Shown one piece after another: positions 10,904-24,500 of a stretch of DNA of 64,000 nt. The stretch comes from Takakia lepidozioides (Eukaryota > Plantae > Bryophyta). The notes below the pieces were generated by a model. The model was not told the DNA's origin. It did no database searches and saw only the letters and a program-made list of their open reading frames with translations. The stretch spans positions 6,200,001 to 6,264,000 of the forward strand of contig CM060733.1 in NCBI GenBank assembly GCA_030704615.1, written 5' to 3'. Position 1 is the first letter of the stretch; every line of letters starts with the position of its first letter. A program made the position numbers and the translations under genes.

Positions 10904-13900
10904 TCAGATGTCAACTATCCTATCTCTCTGTAGAAGTGTCTGAACGTTACTGGGATCCATTGTGCATTGGTGAATGCACGTGTCTCGTTGAGGATCACAA
11001 AACATCCTGTGAATGTAGATGTAGTAAATATGTTTGCATGGGACAAATTTGTCTCTCTTTCCAATGGAGCTTGATATCGTGTTGTCGAAGTCCGGGCATG
11101 TGCAATTTGGAAAATTGCCAATAGTAATCTCATAAGTCCTTTCATGAAGAACCGATCCCATTGTCACCATACTGTACACCCGCCCATAGCCTGGAGGGGG
11201 GACATTCACAATTTCGATAACCCGGCACTGCAGGGTTCTCGCAGACTCAATTTTGCACTAGTTATCTGCACCTGCCTCAACACGACGAACCGGTTTTCCA
11301 TTCCTTTTCATTGGCCAGTCGTTCACATGCGGTGGACGTGTAGGGAATGCGGATGGCGTACCACGAGATGATGTTGGTGTTAGGACTGTTGGGCCTCTTG
11401 GAAGTCGAAACCCAGCATCCTCCAGCATGTCAATCTCTTGTTTGGAGAGAGATGTTCCGACCTTGACTGGCCAGACCCAGGGATGGTAGGCTTGCTGATG
11501 ACTGAATCCCGACAAGTCCCTATCACACAACGCTGAATGTCATTGGGGCAAAACCAGAACTTGTGAGGTCTAGACTCCTGCGCTGAGTAATATTTGAACA
11601 AACCTGTGAATGTCGGTGTTGGAGTCCCGCCAGCGCCTCTGCAAATCTTACTTGTGCACTTCACAAAAGACAGGGCCCTGATAGCAGAACAACCAACTTT
11701 CGATCCTTTCGGAGACCGTTCTATGTGCCACATTGCATCACCACAATCGGTCTCTTCAACCGGCAACAGCGTCTGTCCTTCTCCCTGTGCCGGAGCTGTG
11801 GCATATGTTGCATTGAAATCTGCAGAAGAACATGCACCCACAGATGGAGTGGTACATCTGAAATTGGGTGGCATAGGCACACGAGGTATGGAGAAATTAT
11901 CTCTATCATGCCGATGGGAGTCACCCGCCGATCCTGGAGGGATGTCCAGTTTGCGCTTGCATGATCCGAATCTCTTATCACCTTCCAGATGTGGGAGCCT
12001 GGACTACAAAGGTGTTCCAGTTATGTACTCATTAATAGCCCGCACCATTTTTGCAGGATGCTTGCATCTGTTTGCAGCCCTGAGCAACAACTCTACCCTG
12101 TCCTGCCTCTTACCAGCACCCCGTCCCCTGAGGAAGTCTCAGTACGTTGTTTATTGCGAAAGAGCACGGATAAGGTCATCTGCAGTTATTACGTAAAGGT
12201 TTCGACCGTTCTTACCTGATTGCGCCATCCACATACTATAAACAGTCTCCGCGAGATTACAGGATGGCATATCCGTAATGTCTTCCAGTGACATATTCTG
12301 CAGGTAAATCCCACATAGATGTCACTGTTATGTGGAAGAGCGTTCGAACTGGACTGGACGGCATGGCCGCTAGTGCACACACCCCCATATATATAAGAAG
12401 AATTGAAAGTCATGGTAGTATGATTCAAACTTACAACGGTTATGAAGGCACCCCACTGTCTGTATCTGAAGTGCCAAAAACCCAACCAGTCTTCCAGCTC
12501 TTTGATTCCCTCCAGACTCACCGCCTCAAAGGAGTACCACCATGCTCTGATAGTCTGAAACATGGCATTTGCTTCCCTTTCTGTCGTGGCATCTTTGTAA
12601 AGATGGCATAGTCGCAGGTGGTCCTCTTGCAACTCCAATTTTATGGAATTTTTTGTGGTCGAAGGGACTGGGTCCAATGAAAGAGGCAAGTGTGTTCTCG
12701 GCCTTGCATTGGTATTTTCAGGTCACCAGAGCCAAACACAGTCCGCACAACATTCCAATTAGCTTGTTGTTGTCTGCCATGAACCCTGTGAAATTTGCAT
12801 CTAGCAAACCATGAATTCTCATGACGTTAACTAGAGCCTTCCACATAAGAATTTGGGACTCTGTGTCCTTCGACTGCATGTCACAAACAACAATAGTCAT
12901 AACTCGTTGGTACGTAGGATCATACACATGACAGGCCATGGTCGTCCAATCCTTCATTCGCTTCACGTGATCAAACATTACCCAGGACTTATGAAGATCA
13001 CCCCCGGCCTGCATTCTACTCACCAGGCTAACTCCAAAACCATCCGCAACTGTGGACATCTTGAGCAAGTATACTTTTTGGGACCCCTATCCTAGAAAAA
13101 CACTATCCTGGATGAAGTCGTATCAACTTCTGCGCTTCAATTCTAGGATGTTATCCACGTATCATTTGTTGTCTGCCCCAGTCCTAAGGACGTTGATTTT
13201 GATAACGAGCATTTGGAGAAGCCAATGTTGAGAAATTGTCCATTACATAGTCAAGCAATGCACTATCAAACTTAGTCATTGTCTCATCTGATACCCCCAG
13301 CAGATGTTTTTGCAGGAAGCCTTTGCTTGTTGCCATAGCAATGGCTGATGGTGATGCAGTGGGAGCATTTTGAAATTCTTGTTGAAACAGCGAACGCACT
13401 GTCTCAACACTCTCCCTGCAATCTCCTCGCGACATTGGATGTGCATGGGTGCCAAAATGGATACAAGCCCGTGTGAGGTGGTTGATACGGTGCAGCACGT
13501 AGTACATCCGTGCATTGCATTCTGTCATGCACTGTGGCACGACTTTACAAAACTTGCATACGACGGAACTGCTCTTTGGAGGAGCACACCCTACTTGAAA
13601 TGGGTTGTCGCAGACACCCTCCCACTCCGTCTCATTTTCCACACCGGCCATTTGGAAATGCTGGCAATCCGAATTTGCACACCGCAGGTGCCCAGCGCAA
13701 ATGGATCTCCGAAACTTCAAGCCATGCGGATTGCAGATATTGGAAGTTTTAGTCCGGCACCATGGGTGTCCATCATGCTTCTTGTCCATGCCTGCCATGA
13801 GTCCAGCCAAACCTCCACATGACATCGGAGGTGGCAGTTCAAAAACGATATCACCATCAAAATCAGCGGGTAGAAATTTCGCTCTTTGGATCCGCTGTGT

Positions 13901-14263
13901 TTCCCAAACAATGCCTCTCATATCACTTTTGCATCTTGGCAATCCTCTCACTACATCAGATCCCGGCTTTAACGTCTGCCACATTTGCCCAGTCGTAGCA
14001 TATATGTCTAGAAAATGCAAGGGGGCAGTCCTGGTTGCCAATTGTGACCACCAGTAGTCGTATATGCCACCTTGTACCTCCGCCACGTCAGGATCTACGG
14101 TCAAACACGTTTGACCAGATAGGGGAAGATGGTAGATACGACTAAGAGTCATGGCCAAAACTACAACAGGATGACGTGGGCATGAGAATGTATGACTGCC
14201 AGTATTCACGACTGCACGTGGCAATTGTCGGTTGCCCAAGGAGTGTCTACGTGGACGATACAA
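10904..14263 (-). pseudogene. MULE transposase: WRKY/GCM1-like zinc DNA-binding domain + DDE core + SWIM finger (frameshifted)
   Basis: 13184-14263: DGHPW...CAGHLRC...C..C...HFGTHAH. 12718-13068: WVMFDHVKR and FMAD. HTCLFHW (CxxH) at ~12680-12700. CNLAET at ~12250. SWIM motif CTCPDF...CKHIYY at 10904-11209. Several frameshifts and stops. Confidence 0.85.
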
Positions 14264-14910
14264 ACATAAATGGATGAAACAGATGCAGGATGTGATTGCA
14301 AATGATGAGGTATCAACATATCATTGCTCGCGGGCACTAAGCCACACCCTATGAATGAAGAAATGAATGGATGAATGAATGATTAGGATGAATTAGGATG
14401 AGTGAACTATGATGAATTAGGGATGAATGTGCTCGAATTTAGGGTTGCTAGGTCGCAGTGTTAAGTATGATGATAATAAGTAGTAAAAATATTTAACTAC
14501 TGTTTCACTGACCCAGCAGATTAATAGTAAAACTAATCGACTGCTGGTTAAGATTAGTGAAACAAAACAATTGTATTATCTCAACGAATGATACACAAAT
14601 GCCTTGTTGGCAACAATTGGATGAACGTATCAAACATAACTTTTGTGTACTGGATGAATGTATGAACGAATGATACAACAAACGCCTTGCTAGCAACTAT
14701 TGGATGAACTGACAGTGAAACTCATTTAAAGATTTATTTTGGATGAATGGATGAAATTAAAATGGCCAAAAAATGGAAAAACAAATGAATGGATGGATGT
14801 ATTGATGGAAAATCCAAAATCCATCCATCTATCGTTACATTCATCCATCCAGTCATGAGTAGAGGGGACTTAGCATTTTTTTGTCTCCCCTGCCATTTGT
14901 TTGTTTTCTT

Positions 14911-15055
14911 TGTGTCGAGTCTGATTGTGAGAGAGGACAACAGGACGGAGCTGTGCTTGCTTTCTTATAGTGTCGAGTCTGATCATGAGAGACGTCGAAT
15001 AGGGTGGAGCTATGTTTGTTGGGGTCGAGTCTGATCATGAGAGACGACGAGCGGA
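14911..15055 (+). repeat. Short tandem repeat, 3 x ~55 bp
   Basis: GTCGAGTCTGAT(C/T)(A/G)TGAGAGA occurs three times. Confidence 0.7.
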
Positions 15056-15078
15056 GTTGGTGGGATAGGGGGCAGACA

Positions 15079-15160
15079 GGGACTCAAACCCTAGAATCGA
15101 GGCATGAAGATGTGGTGCACGATGTGGCCATCGACTACTATGGGAAGCGGCTGGCCACCT
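15079..15160 (+). pseudogene. SEC13: Captured fragment of the SEC13 N-terminus
   Basis: GTQTLESRHEDVVHDVAIDYYGKRLAT matches the start of the first SEC13 WD40 repeat; unrelated sequence follows. Confidence 0.85.
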
Positions 15161-16313
15161 TCACGATGGACAACCGCAATCGGAAGGTGTGGTTTTTTCT
15201 CAAAGTACGATATGAAGAAGTTTGTCCATCCTGCAAATCTGGGCTCTTGGCGACTGTTAGTACCCTGATCTGGTATTCTTCCTGTTGTTTACAAGGTTCT
15301 TCGGAGAGTCAGCTTGGTTCTAGCCGGTCATGTTTCAATCTCTGCTCACTCAGCTGCACTGTGGTGGTTCTCATGGACCAATCCGACATACCGGACTACA
15401 GACACAAGCAGCACACACAAGAGGTCCATTTGGGTTCATGGTCAGTCGAGTCTTCCATGGGTCATGACACAAGGTGGAGGACAATGTGGTGAGGGCACCT
15501 TCTTCTTCGATCTATTTCAGCCTGTTTTCCCTCTCATCAGACTCGGCCCTGAATTCGCAGCACGGAGCAGAGCTGGCATGAGTTTTTTAAAGATCCTTCA
15601 TGATGGTGCGACAACCGCAATCGCAAGGTGTGGCTTTTTCTTAATGTACGATATGAAGAAGTTTGTCCATCCTGCATTTGTCTCTTCTAGGCTAGGCTCG
15701 CAGTTCCTCAAGAGCGGCAACCCTTAGTTCATTCTAGAACACTTGGTTCAGCTTCTAGGTGAAGGGTTTATCTTCTTTTAATCTTCAGTTTTCTGGATGG
15801 TTCCAGATGAAGATATGCTCTTCTTGTCATCTATTTTAGCGATAGGTGTTTCCCAACCATGGCTTGGAGCTCGCTATTAGTCAGTGAGCCATGGTATGTG
15901 GGTAGAAGTCTGTTTGCCGCAGCCTTGTGGCCATAGACCCCGCGGGCAGCCAGTTTGGACATAAACATAGAGAGAGGATGTACTCCCGTTCCCTGTGAAA
16001 GTTGGCATTCCATCGCTGTACCGCCATTAATCCCCTGGGACTAACCCTCCCTGACTCATTTTTGGGGTTCGCACTCACCCGGGTTTAGCTTATCGCCACA
16101 ACTCAGCTGCATGTATAAACTTATTTTCCCGCAATTGCCGTTAAGGCACTCACATAGGCACTTTTCCGCTTGCAAACTCGACAGCCCGGTTGTAGGGTTA
16201 TTGATTTTAATTTTATAGCCCTAGATAGAGAGAGAGAGAGAGAGAGAGCTGGTGGGGGGGGAGAGAAGTTACGCTGATGATGCTGGTCTACATGTGGATA
16301 TGTGAATGTCCAG

Positions 16314-16397
16314 GGGCGTGGAACAGTGGTCACAGGGCGTGTGGAACAGGGGATAATTAAGGTTGGCGAGGAAGTTGAAGTGGTTGGGCTTCGCACG
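16314..16397 (+). pseudogene. Isolated exon of a nuclear-encoded organellar (probably mitochondrial) elongation factor Tu
   Basis: 84-nt exon with CAG| and |GTAAC splice sites encoding [28 protein letters not shown] (EF-Tu domain II); no other EF-Tu exons seen in the window. Confidence 0.88.
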
Positions 16398-17109
16398 GTA
16401 ACAATCTTCCTTGCACAGAAACATGGGCCCATATAACTTTCCTTCCTTTGGCAATGTCAGTACAGGGATTTGCTGTGTGATTCACTTCAGTTGGGTCATG
16501 ACACAAGGTCAAGGACAATGTGGTGAGGGCACCTTCTTCTTCGACCTATTTCAGCCTGTTTTGCCCTCTCACCAGACTCGGCCCTGAGATGCATATTGAA
16601 TTATGTAAGTTAGCTCGAACGTTGCTCGTTGATAAGTAGGGGGGGGGGGGGGGGGTGTGTTTGCTGGAACAATTCTAGGCTGTCATTGTCAGCTGCTAGC
16701 ATGAAGGCAAAGATGTATGCATGATTTTGTGCAGAGGCATAGATAGCTGAAGGTGCAGGGATAGAGTGTGAGTCCAGATTCATCCAAAAGGGCCGGATTT
16801 CAAGCTCCACATTACCTATGATTCCTTATGGAAGGATAGATACAAGAAACCTGCATGGGCAAATGGTCAACTGGAAGCCGCAGCAGTAGCGGCACAATTG
16901 AAAATCAGGCACTGCTAATGAAGGCACCTTCTTCAACACATTTCACCCTGTTTTCCCCTCTTATCAGAATCGGCCCTAAATTTTCATGTTGAATTCTGCA
17001 AGTTAGCTGTTGAGTGAATCTAGTTTGGAGTGACTTTGACATGATACTGCCAATGTGACAAGGATATGCATTGAACTCATTGGTAGCGGGATATTGGGAT
17101 AACTCTTGG

Positions 17110-17612
17110 CCATGTGCCATCGTCAAAGCTGAAATTGTACTAGTTGTCATTCTGAACACTGCCCTGGTGGACATGTATGCCAAATGTGGGTGCAGCAAGC
17201 CTGATGCGAAGGGAGAGTTCGAAAACATGGCTAAATGAGATGTGGTGTTGTGGAGTGCCATGATTGCAAGGTATGTGTAGCATAGGTGTGGGATTAAGGC
17301 TTTGGAAACCTAAGAGCAAATGATGTGGGAAAGGATGAAGCCATATGAGGTCATGTACATTTGTGTTTGTAATATGCATATGCAAGCCTAGAAGCCTTGG
17401 GAAGGGGCCAAGAGGTTCATGGTGACATCATCAAAGCTGGAATTGTACCTGATGTCCTTCTGAACATTCCCTTGGTGTACATGTATGTCAAATGCGAGCC
17501 GGCGTAGCCCTGGAAAAGATGCAAAGGTCCATGGTGACATTGTCAAAGGTGGAATTGTACCACTAGATGTCTCTAAACACTGCCTTGGTGGATATGTATG
17601 TCAAATGCAAGT
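17110..17612 (+). pseudogene. Degenerate PLS PPR repeat fragment
   Basis: ILNTALVDMYAKCG...DVVLWSAMIA...EVHGDIIKAGIVPD with stops and frameshifts; same repeat style as the 481-3930 gene. Confidence 0.85.
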
Positions 17613-17684
17613 CCAGCTTGGACGATGTCACCACGAAACATCTTCACTCATTGCCTACTCTAGTTAAGTGCAATTATGGGCTAG

Positions 17685-17865
17685 GCTGATACCACATCTC
17701 ATTCAGCCATATTATCAAACTGCATGCCATTTGTATCCTTGTAGTTGTACCCAAACTTGGCATACATGTCCACTATGGCAACGTTCAGAATCACATCAGA
17801 TACAATACCAGCTTTGACGATATTACCGTGGACCTCTGCACCTTTTTTCAGAGCTGCCAGGCTTG
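17685..17865 (-). pseudogene. Inverted PLS PPR fragment
   Basis: ASLAALKKGAEVHGNIVKAGIVSDVILNVAIVDMYAKFG...FDNMAE. Confidence 0.85.
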
Positions 17866-18899
17866 CTGAAGGAGCAGGGATAGAGTGTGGGTGCAGATTC
17901 ATCCAAGAGGGCCGAATTTTCAAGCTCCAGATTACCTATGATTCAGTGTGGAATGATAGCTACAAGAAACCTGCATGGGTAGATGGTCAACTGGAAGCCG
18001 CAGCAGCAGCGGCACAATTGATAAAATCAGGCACTGCTAATGAAGGTACTGGATTGCTGAAGTTCGAGAGATGCCAGTGTATGCATCTTCTGCTCAGGCA
18101 TTTGGAAGTCTACATAGACTTTGCTGCTTTGTGCATTTTTGTAGCAGCACCGGATTAGATTATAGAACAGATCTTTGAACATTAAGTCACGTTGTATTTG
18201 AATCGATGTTCCAATTTCAAATGTGCTTTCATGTTTCAATGGTGTTTTCGTGTGCTTTCAATGGTGCTTTCATGTGTCAATGCTGCTAGAGTTAGGCCCA
18301 TGACTACGGTCATGTACACGACTACCTCCCATCCATAGAGCCTCCGCCACATGCCACTTTCACCCCTCGTGTTCGCCCATACTCGTGCCACGTGCAGTAT
18401 CTAGAGTGCGCCATGGAAGTCATATGTTCCAGTCATAACAACCACCCCTATCCTGCATAATTTGACTCTACGTGTCATGTCCAGTCTTCTCCACGTGTTG
18501 TCCTGGGGTTAATCTGCAGAAGTCGTATATGCCAGTCGTAAAGACCCTGTTGCCTTCCCTATGACGTGACACTTGGCATATCCCTTCCGTTCCACGTGAA
18601 GCTGACATGGATTCACAGTCATTTACTACGGTCTTATCAATGGGTTGTGACCCCCGGACTAAAAAACACGTCGCAGGGGATGTCGGGCGTTGCTGCCCGC
18701 AAATGGGGTTTGCGACGCCCGACCGTCGCTTCTTGCGACCCCCGCCCAGAAAACACGTCGCCCTTGGCGACGTGCTGCAGTCGCGAGGGCAGCTTGGTGG
18801 GGGGGGGTTGGGGGTTCATTTTGGGGGTGAATTGGGGGTGGGTTTTTGTTTTTTTTCCTGGTTTTGTATTTGGGGATGGGAGAACTTACAGTTTCATTT

Positions 18900-21304
18900 C
18901 TCTGAGTTAATAGGTACACAATTGAGCAAGCATGAATCGAGGGTGAGGACGGTGCGACACATGAGTAAGATGGAAGATGGAAATATGGAAATATATTTAC
19001 AAGACATGAGCTGAAAAGCTCACAAGGGTTCAGTAGACTGACCTGGGACCTACATGGACTAGGACTAATCATCCTCATCCTCATCCTCAGTGGAGGATCA
19101 GAGCTATCCGATGAGCCTGATGACTCCGCGCCCTTTGCCAGAGCACATAAATGAGGCGGCGTTCCCCTAAGTCCCACAGAGCTCTCATCCAATCCCTGGG
19201 CATGACCCTCGACCTCATCCATACTAGTGCCCTGTAGTGCACTCATCCCCTCTGTGTTGGCCATGTTCTTCATGAGGGATTGCCAACCATGCTCCTTGGC
19301 GTAGTTGTACTCTATCGGAGATGGCTTCCTCTCAAACGCACGTTGCTACACATGCCACAAATTAAAGTCAGTTCTTCGCGAGGATGGAGCCAGAAAGAAG
19401 ACATAACAAAATCCATAGGGAAATACGACTTACAAATCGCAAGATAAAACCCTTGGATCCGCCGGCGCCCCACTTGTGGATTCGTACTTGTCAAGGCGGA
19501 CTGTTGTTGCTTCGCGTGCCCGGTCAAATTTGGCCTTGTTTGCGGCATCAGTCTCTCCCGCAATGAGTGCATCCCACGATACCTTTCCCCCCCCCCCCCC
19601 CCCAACAATTAGTGAATTACACACATACGTTGCATCGAATCCACCTCATTAATGCACATGCGACAAATGGAAGGTGACATGATTCAGGATTTGCCAACCT
19701 GTGTAATTCCATAAGGTGGTTTGGGTATGGCCCCCTTTTCCATTGCCCTCCGAATGATATGTCTGGCATGGTACCTCCTGTCCTTCAAGTTTCGCCCCAC
19801 CATCTCCATCACCCTTGTGTCACTCCAATTGCCCGGAAACCGGCGGTCTAACTCACGGGCATACGCCCGCTTCGCGCCAAAGTGTTGATCAGCCCACTCG
19901 ATGTGCAAAGGGAACCACCTCAATGCGAGTTCGAAGGCTGGCTTCTTCATAGCCTCCCAGAACGCACCGTAGGGGTCACCATGGCGATTCACCTCCACCG
20001 GTGGCACCACAATCTTTGCCAACTCCACGTCCTGTATCGCCAAGGCCATCCCACCCTCTCCCTTCTTTGTAGCCTCCTTCCCCTGCTCCTTTGTTACCCC
20101 ACTGCCCTCGCATGCACACTCACCCCTTCCTCTCCATGGGACTTCTTTTTCTTCTTCTTCTTTTCCTTCCCCTTCTCCATGACCATCTCCTTCCCCTTCC
20201 CCGCTACTTCCTCTCTCTCCTTCTCCCTCTCCCTTCTCTCTCTCTCCTCGGCAGCCCCTTCATTGATGGTAAAAGAGATCTCGGGAGATCAAGGCCTCTT
20301 CTTCTTAGCTTTGGTGTTCGGGTCCTTCATGAACACCACGTGCTCACCCTCATTGGCAACCCCACGGGACTGCACCAATGAGGCCAGCCATGTTGCTGCC
20401 TCCTGAAGACAAATAACCCCTCCAAATTCAAAAAAAGAAACAAACAACAAAGAAAATCATGCATGCAAAGGAAAGGATAAATCATGGAACAAGGTGCGAC
20501 AGTTGTACCTTTGCAAGCTTGTCCGACTTGCCCTTGGTGTCACCTGATGTGGGAGGAGTCCCCATTTCCGGATGTGCCCGCTCTATCCCCTCCCGGAGTG
20601 CCACTGGAAGTAGATTCCAGATGTGGATCAAAGCCGGCGGCGGCGCCCCGTAGTCCAGGCCCTTCTTTGCTGACCGCTCAGGCTCAGGGGGCGGTGTCAC
20701 AGATCGGCTAGGCTGCTCCAAACCGGCCCATACCTCCTCCTCTCCCCCTCCCAAATGCGTATAAGGGTAGAAGCCCTCACCCGGCTTGACTTCTTCGAGG
20801 TGCTTCGCTATCTTGGCCACTTCATTGGCCCTCCTCGTCTCCTCCTCCCTCATCGACAACAATGGGCTGGCAATGGAGCCTTTCAAAGGCCCTTGAACTT
20901 GACGTTGGGCCTTGGCAAGTGCAGCCTTTGCTGCGGAGGAAGGGGTCGCTATGGGGGTGACATCCAAAAGGTGCCCTTACCGGGCCCCCGAACGGGTGAT
21001 GTGCTTGCCAAGGTACATTTCACCCGTCGTGGTGGCCGGGGGTGTGCTCAACTGAGCATCCGACTCAGCAACAACCTCCCGAATAGGAGAGCTGGCTGAG
21101 CCGGCCCCTGGCGCATCCAAGATGTGGACAAGAGGGGGGGTACTGGCCTCGGGGGGCAGACCTGCCCTCCGGCTGCGGCTGTCGACGGGGCTGGTTAGCC
21201 GTGAGACGCCCTGGCGCGTCACACGTGCCGGCAAAGCAAACGGATTGTCCGCCCCTTTCTTTGGGGCAGGGGACTTCTTCTCTTTCCCCATAAGCTGGCA
21301 CCTG
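18900..21304 (-). pseudogene. CACTA accessory gene (TnpA / Ptta-En/Spm-like), spliced and decayed
   Basis: Chain of minus-strand ORFs (20977-21318, 20482-20967, 19684-20049, 19430-19624) with plausible splice sites. Basic low-complexity N-part, then RWFPLHIEW...SWDALIA...KFDRAREA. Lies between CACTA termini. Confidence 0.5.
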
Positions 21305-21538
21305 TCATGCAAACCCACAAGTTGGCCTCATTAGGAACATTCCAGATCAAAAACAAAAAAAACCAAGCATGTCGAGGGCTGAGAGCAGTAAGTGCTCGGG
21401 GTCTCGAGAGGGGGCAACAAAGAGAAAAAAAAAAGGTGGGGGGGGGGGGAGTGACTGAGCACCACCAGCAGCTGCTGAGCACCACGGGCTCAGTCACTCT
21501 CTCCCCCCCCCCCCACCCCCATTTTTTTTTTTTTTGGT

Positions 21539-24500
21539 TTCCCTCTCTCTCCCTCTCTCTCCCTCTGAAAATTGGGCTTATGGAATTGTTGTCCCAACTT
21601 CCATCTTTGAGGAAATTGAAAAAAATTGAAAAATTGGGTTGCAGGGAATTTTGGATGTTTTTTATCCAAAATGATTTTTTATTTTTTTTCCTAGTGAAAT
21701 ATTTCTTCACTAAAAAAACCTGTGAGTTGCAAAACTCCCGTCAGTTTCTACTTTTTCAATCTAGCCTGGATGAAAAAATGACTTCATCTGACGGGACCTA
21801 AATACAGGGCAAGACAGGTAAAAAAAAACCCCATGTTTTTTCATCTAACCTAGATGAAATACGGACTACAACCGTTGAGTGCAAGACAGATGAAAGCACG
21901 ATGTCTTTCATCTTCCACGGATGAGAAACGGACAATGTCCGTCGGGCGGACAGACTGGCGGATGTTTTTCATCCTAAGAAGGATGAATGACGGGCCAGAC
22001 AGGGGAAAACCCTGCGCAACCCTAATGTCTTTCTTTTTGCGCTGCGAGAGCGCGCGCAATGGCGGCTTGTGAGGAGCGATGGTGCTCGTGCTACAGATAC
22101 CTTGAGCTGCCAATCCTTGAGTGTTTATGGCTCCTATGAGCGACGCCTGGGCGGGCTCTTTAAGGCGATGGCGGTGGCTTAGAGATGAGGGAAGATTCCC
22201 TGTCTCAGTTGTCTGTTTTTTTTTTTTTTTGCTGCACAAGGGAACCACGGCAGTGATGGTGGAGGTACCACCTGCATGCCTATGACGTTTCCCTAGGAGC
22301 CCTCCTCTGGATCTTTGATGAATGGCGGCACAAGGAAGTCTCTCTCCCTCCCTTTATAAACCCTACCTTTTGAACCAAGCGCTTTTTTTCTTGTGCTTGG
22401 CAAGACCTTGCTTTGGTTAAGGTAGCAGTGCTGTGGTGCTGGCGGAGTCCTCCCTGCACGATTAGGCTTGTGGAGAGATGACGACTCTCCCCCAAACAGT
22501 GAAAAAGGTTTTTTTTTTCTATTGATTTTGCTTCCTTGCTTGTTTTGGCATTCCTTGCGCTTAGATTGAAGTGTATTTGACCTCGATAGCAAGTGTGGAA
22601 GCCTGCTACTCACCTCGTGCATCCTCACTAACTCACAATGCGTTGTGGTTGTTTTTGGGACGGGCACAGGTGAGGGCTTCCACTTAATATTCTGATATCT
22701 AGGTGCTGCTGGATGCCAAGTGGGATTGCAGAGCAGGGGAAGGAATCGTTTGCCAGAAACTCATCTTAAAATGTTGAAAAACTAAACTACTCTATGGTTT
22801 TTCTTGATCCTACCTCTTTCCTTCCTTGATTTTTGAAGAACAAATGTAATGCTTTCTACGATGGGCTATTTTCGGCCCAGCCAGTGGAAGACCTCTGCTT
22901 TGTTGTGACAGCCGGGTTTATGATGGCTTGTGTGAGAGACACCATTTGTTTTCCAGGCACTAGTTTGCTTTGCTTACCTTATGGTAGTTGTAAACAATTT
23001 GAGAGGCTGCAAGGAACTGTTTGTTGCAGCTATTCGGGTACCCATGTTGGCCCCTGTTATGTTCCAACCCGGATGGCTTTGTTAGCTAGATGCTTAGGCC
23101 AGGGTATGGTGAAGATTTTGCCTATGGATATTCGGCTGACAATGAAATATGGCAGCAATATATAACTGGTAACTGGTTTTTGAAGCAGCCAGGGTGGTCA
23201 AGTGGAAATACCCCCTGGACATGGTGTAATGACATGGTCAAATGTGGAATAATGTGAAGGGTATACTGACAGTATCATATACTGTCACAGGATGTGTTTG
23301 CAATCCTTTATCTTTACCTTGCTATGTCATGAACTTTGATTTTCAGCTCTAGCAAGAAATAAAGGTATAGGGGTAGTCTGGAAAACTTACCAGACATATC
23401 CACCTCCCTTGTGGGGGCAAGCTGTGCTGTAGACCAGTCTAAACCAATACTGGCAGGGCAAGGTATTTAAAATCTGTGATGTCCAAGTGTTCTTTTTGTT
23501 CTCTCTGATTTCTTAAAAAAAACCCTCCATGACACCCATGGGGTTTGGATAAGTATGCTTGGATTACAGCTTGCGAACAGTAAATCTATATGACCATTTG
23601 ACCTGCAACACATCAAAGCCAAAATATGGCCAAGTACCCGCCATCCCACCCAGACCTCTGAATGTATATCTTGATCATGACTGGTGGTCAATCAGCATCA
23701 GTGGCATACTCTTTGGGTTATGAATAATACTAACATGAAAACATTACTGTGCATGGATGTAATTCTGGATTTTCTAAAGCTTGATGATTGATGGATGGTG
23801 CCAGTGTTTAAGTGGCTGATATGTCTGATTATTCTTCTTATTCATGACAACGACCCTAGGGGTCCTGTCTTTGTCTTGACATGACAAAAAAAATCTTCCC
23901 TCTTTTTTTTGTTGTTCACAAAAGTAAACCACAAGGGAGAGAGGGTGCAGAAAAAGTTAAAAGATTGTACTCATAAGACGTTGTTTGCCGTAGCCTTGTG
24001 GCCATTGACCCCGCGCCCAGTTTGAGCGGAAACAAAAGGGACAGAACCTGCCTCTGTCAAGGGCTGACGTTGGTAGTAAGACTTACCTTCATATATAGAA
24101 TTAATCTGGGTTTTCCAGATATCCTCTAGAAATCCCTTCACACAAGCATCAAACTGCTGTGTGTGATTTGCCCAATAACTAGGCCTCAGGAGGGCCTGGG
24201 CTTTTGGCTCAGCCTTGAGACTTTCAAAGTTGGTAAACAGAGGTACAGGCACAATTCCCTTATAGATTTGAAGAGAGCATCTCTTTGGTGAGAGAACCCC
24301 GGACAGTGTATCAGAAAATGTGTATTGTCTTCAGATTGCCCACACAACGGGCAATTGCACTCTCCCTTTTCTCTCTACTTCTGTTTGCTGCTCAAAGGTA
24401 GGCTTCATGCCCTGAGTTTAAATTTCAGTCTAGTGCCGAGAGTGGGTAGACCCTTGACGTCATCCAAGGTGTCCTCCCCCATGTCACTGACTGGAAACAA

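Noticed and set aside
15500-15550. Hammerhead ribozyme (CTGATGA...GAAA on the minus strand)
   Set aside because: No stem II can form between the core motifs, and the duplicate at ~16570 has lost the core.
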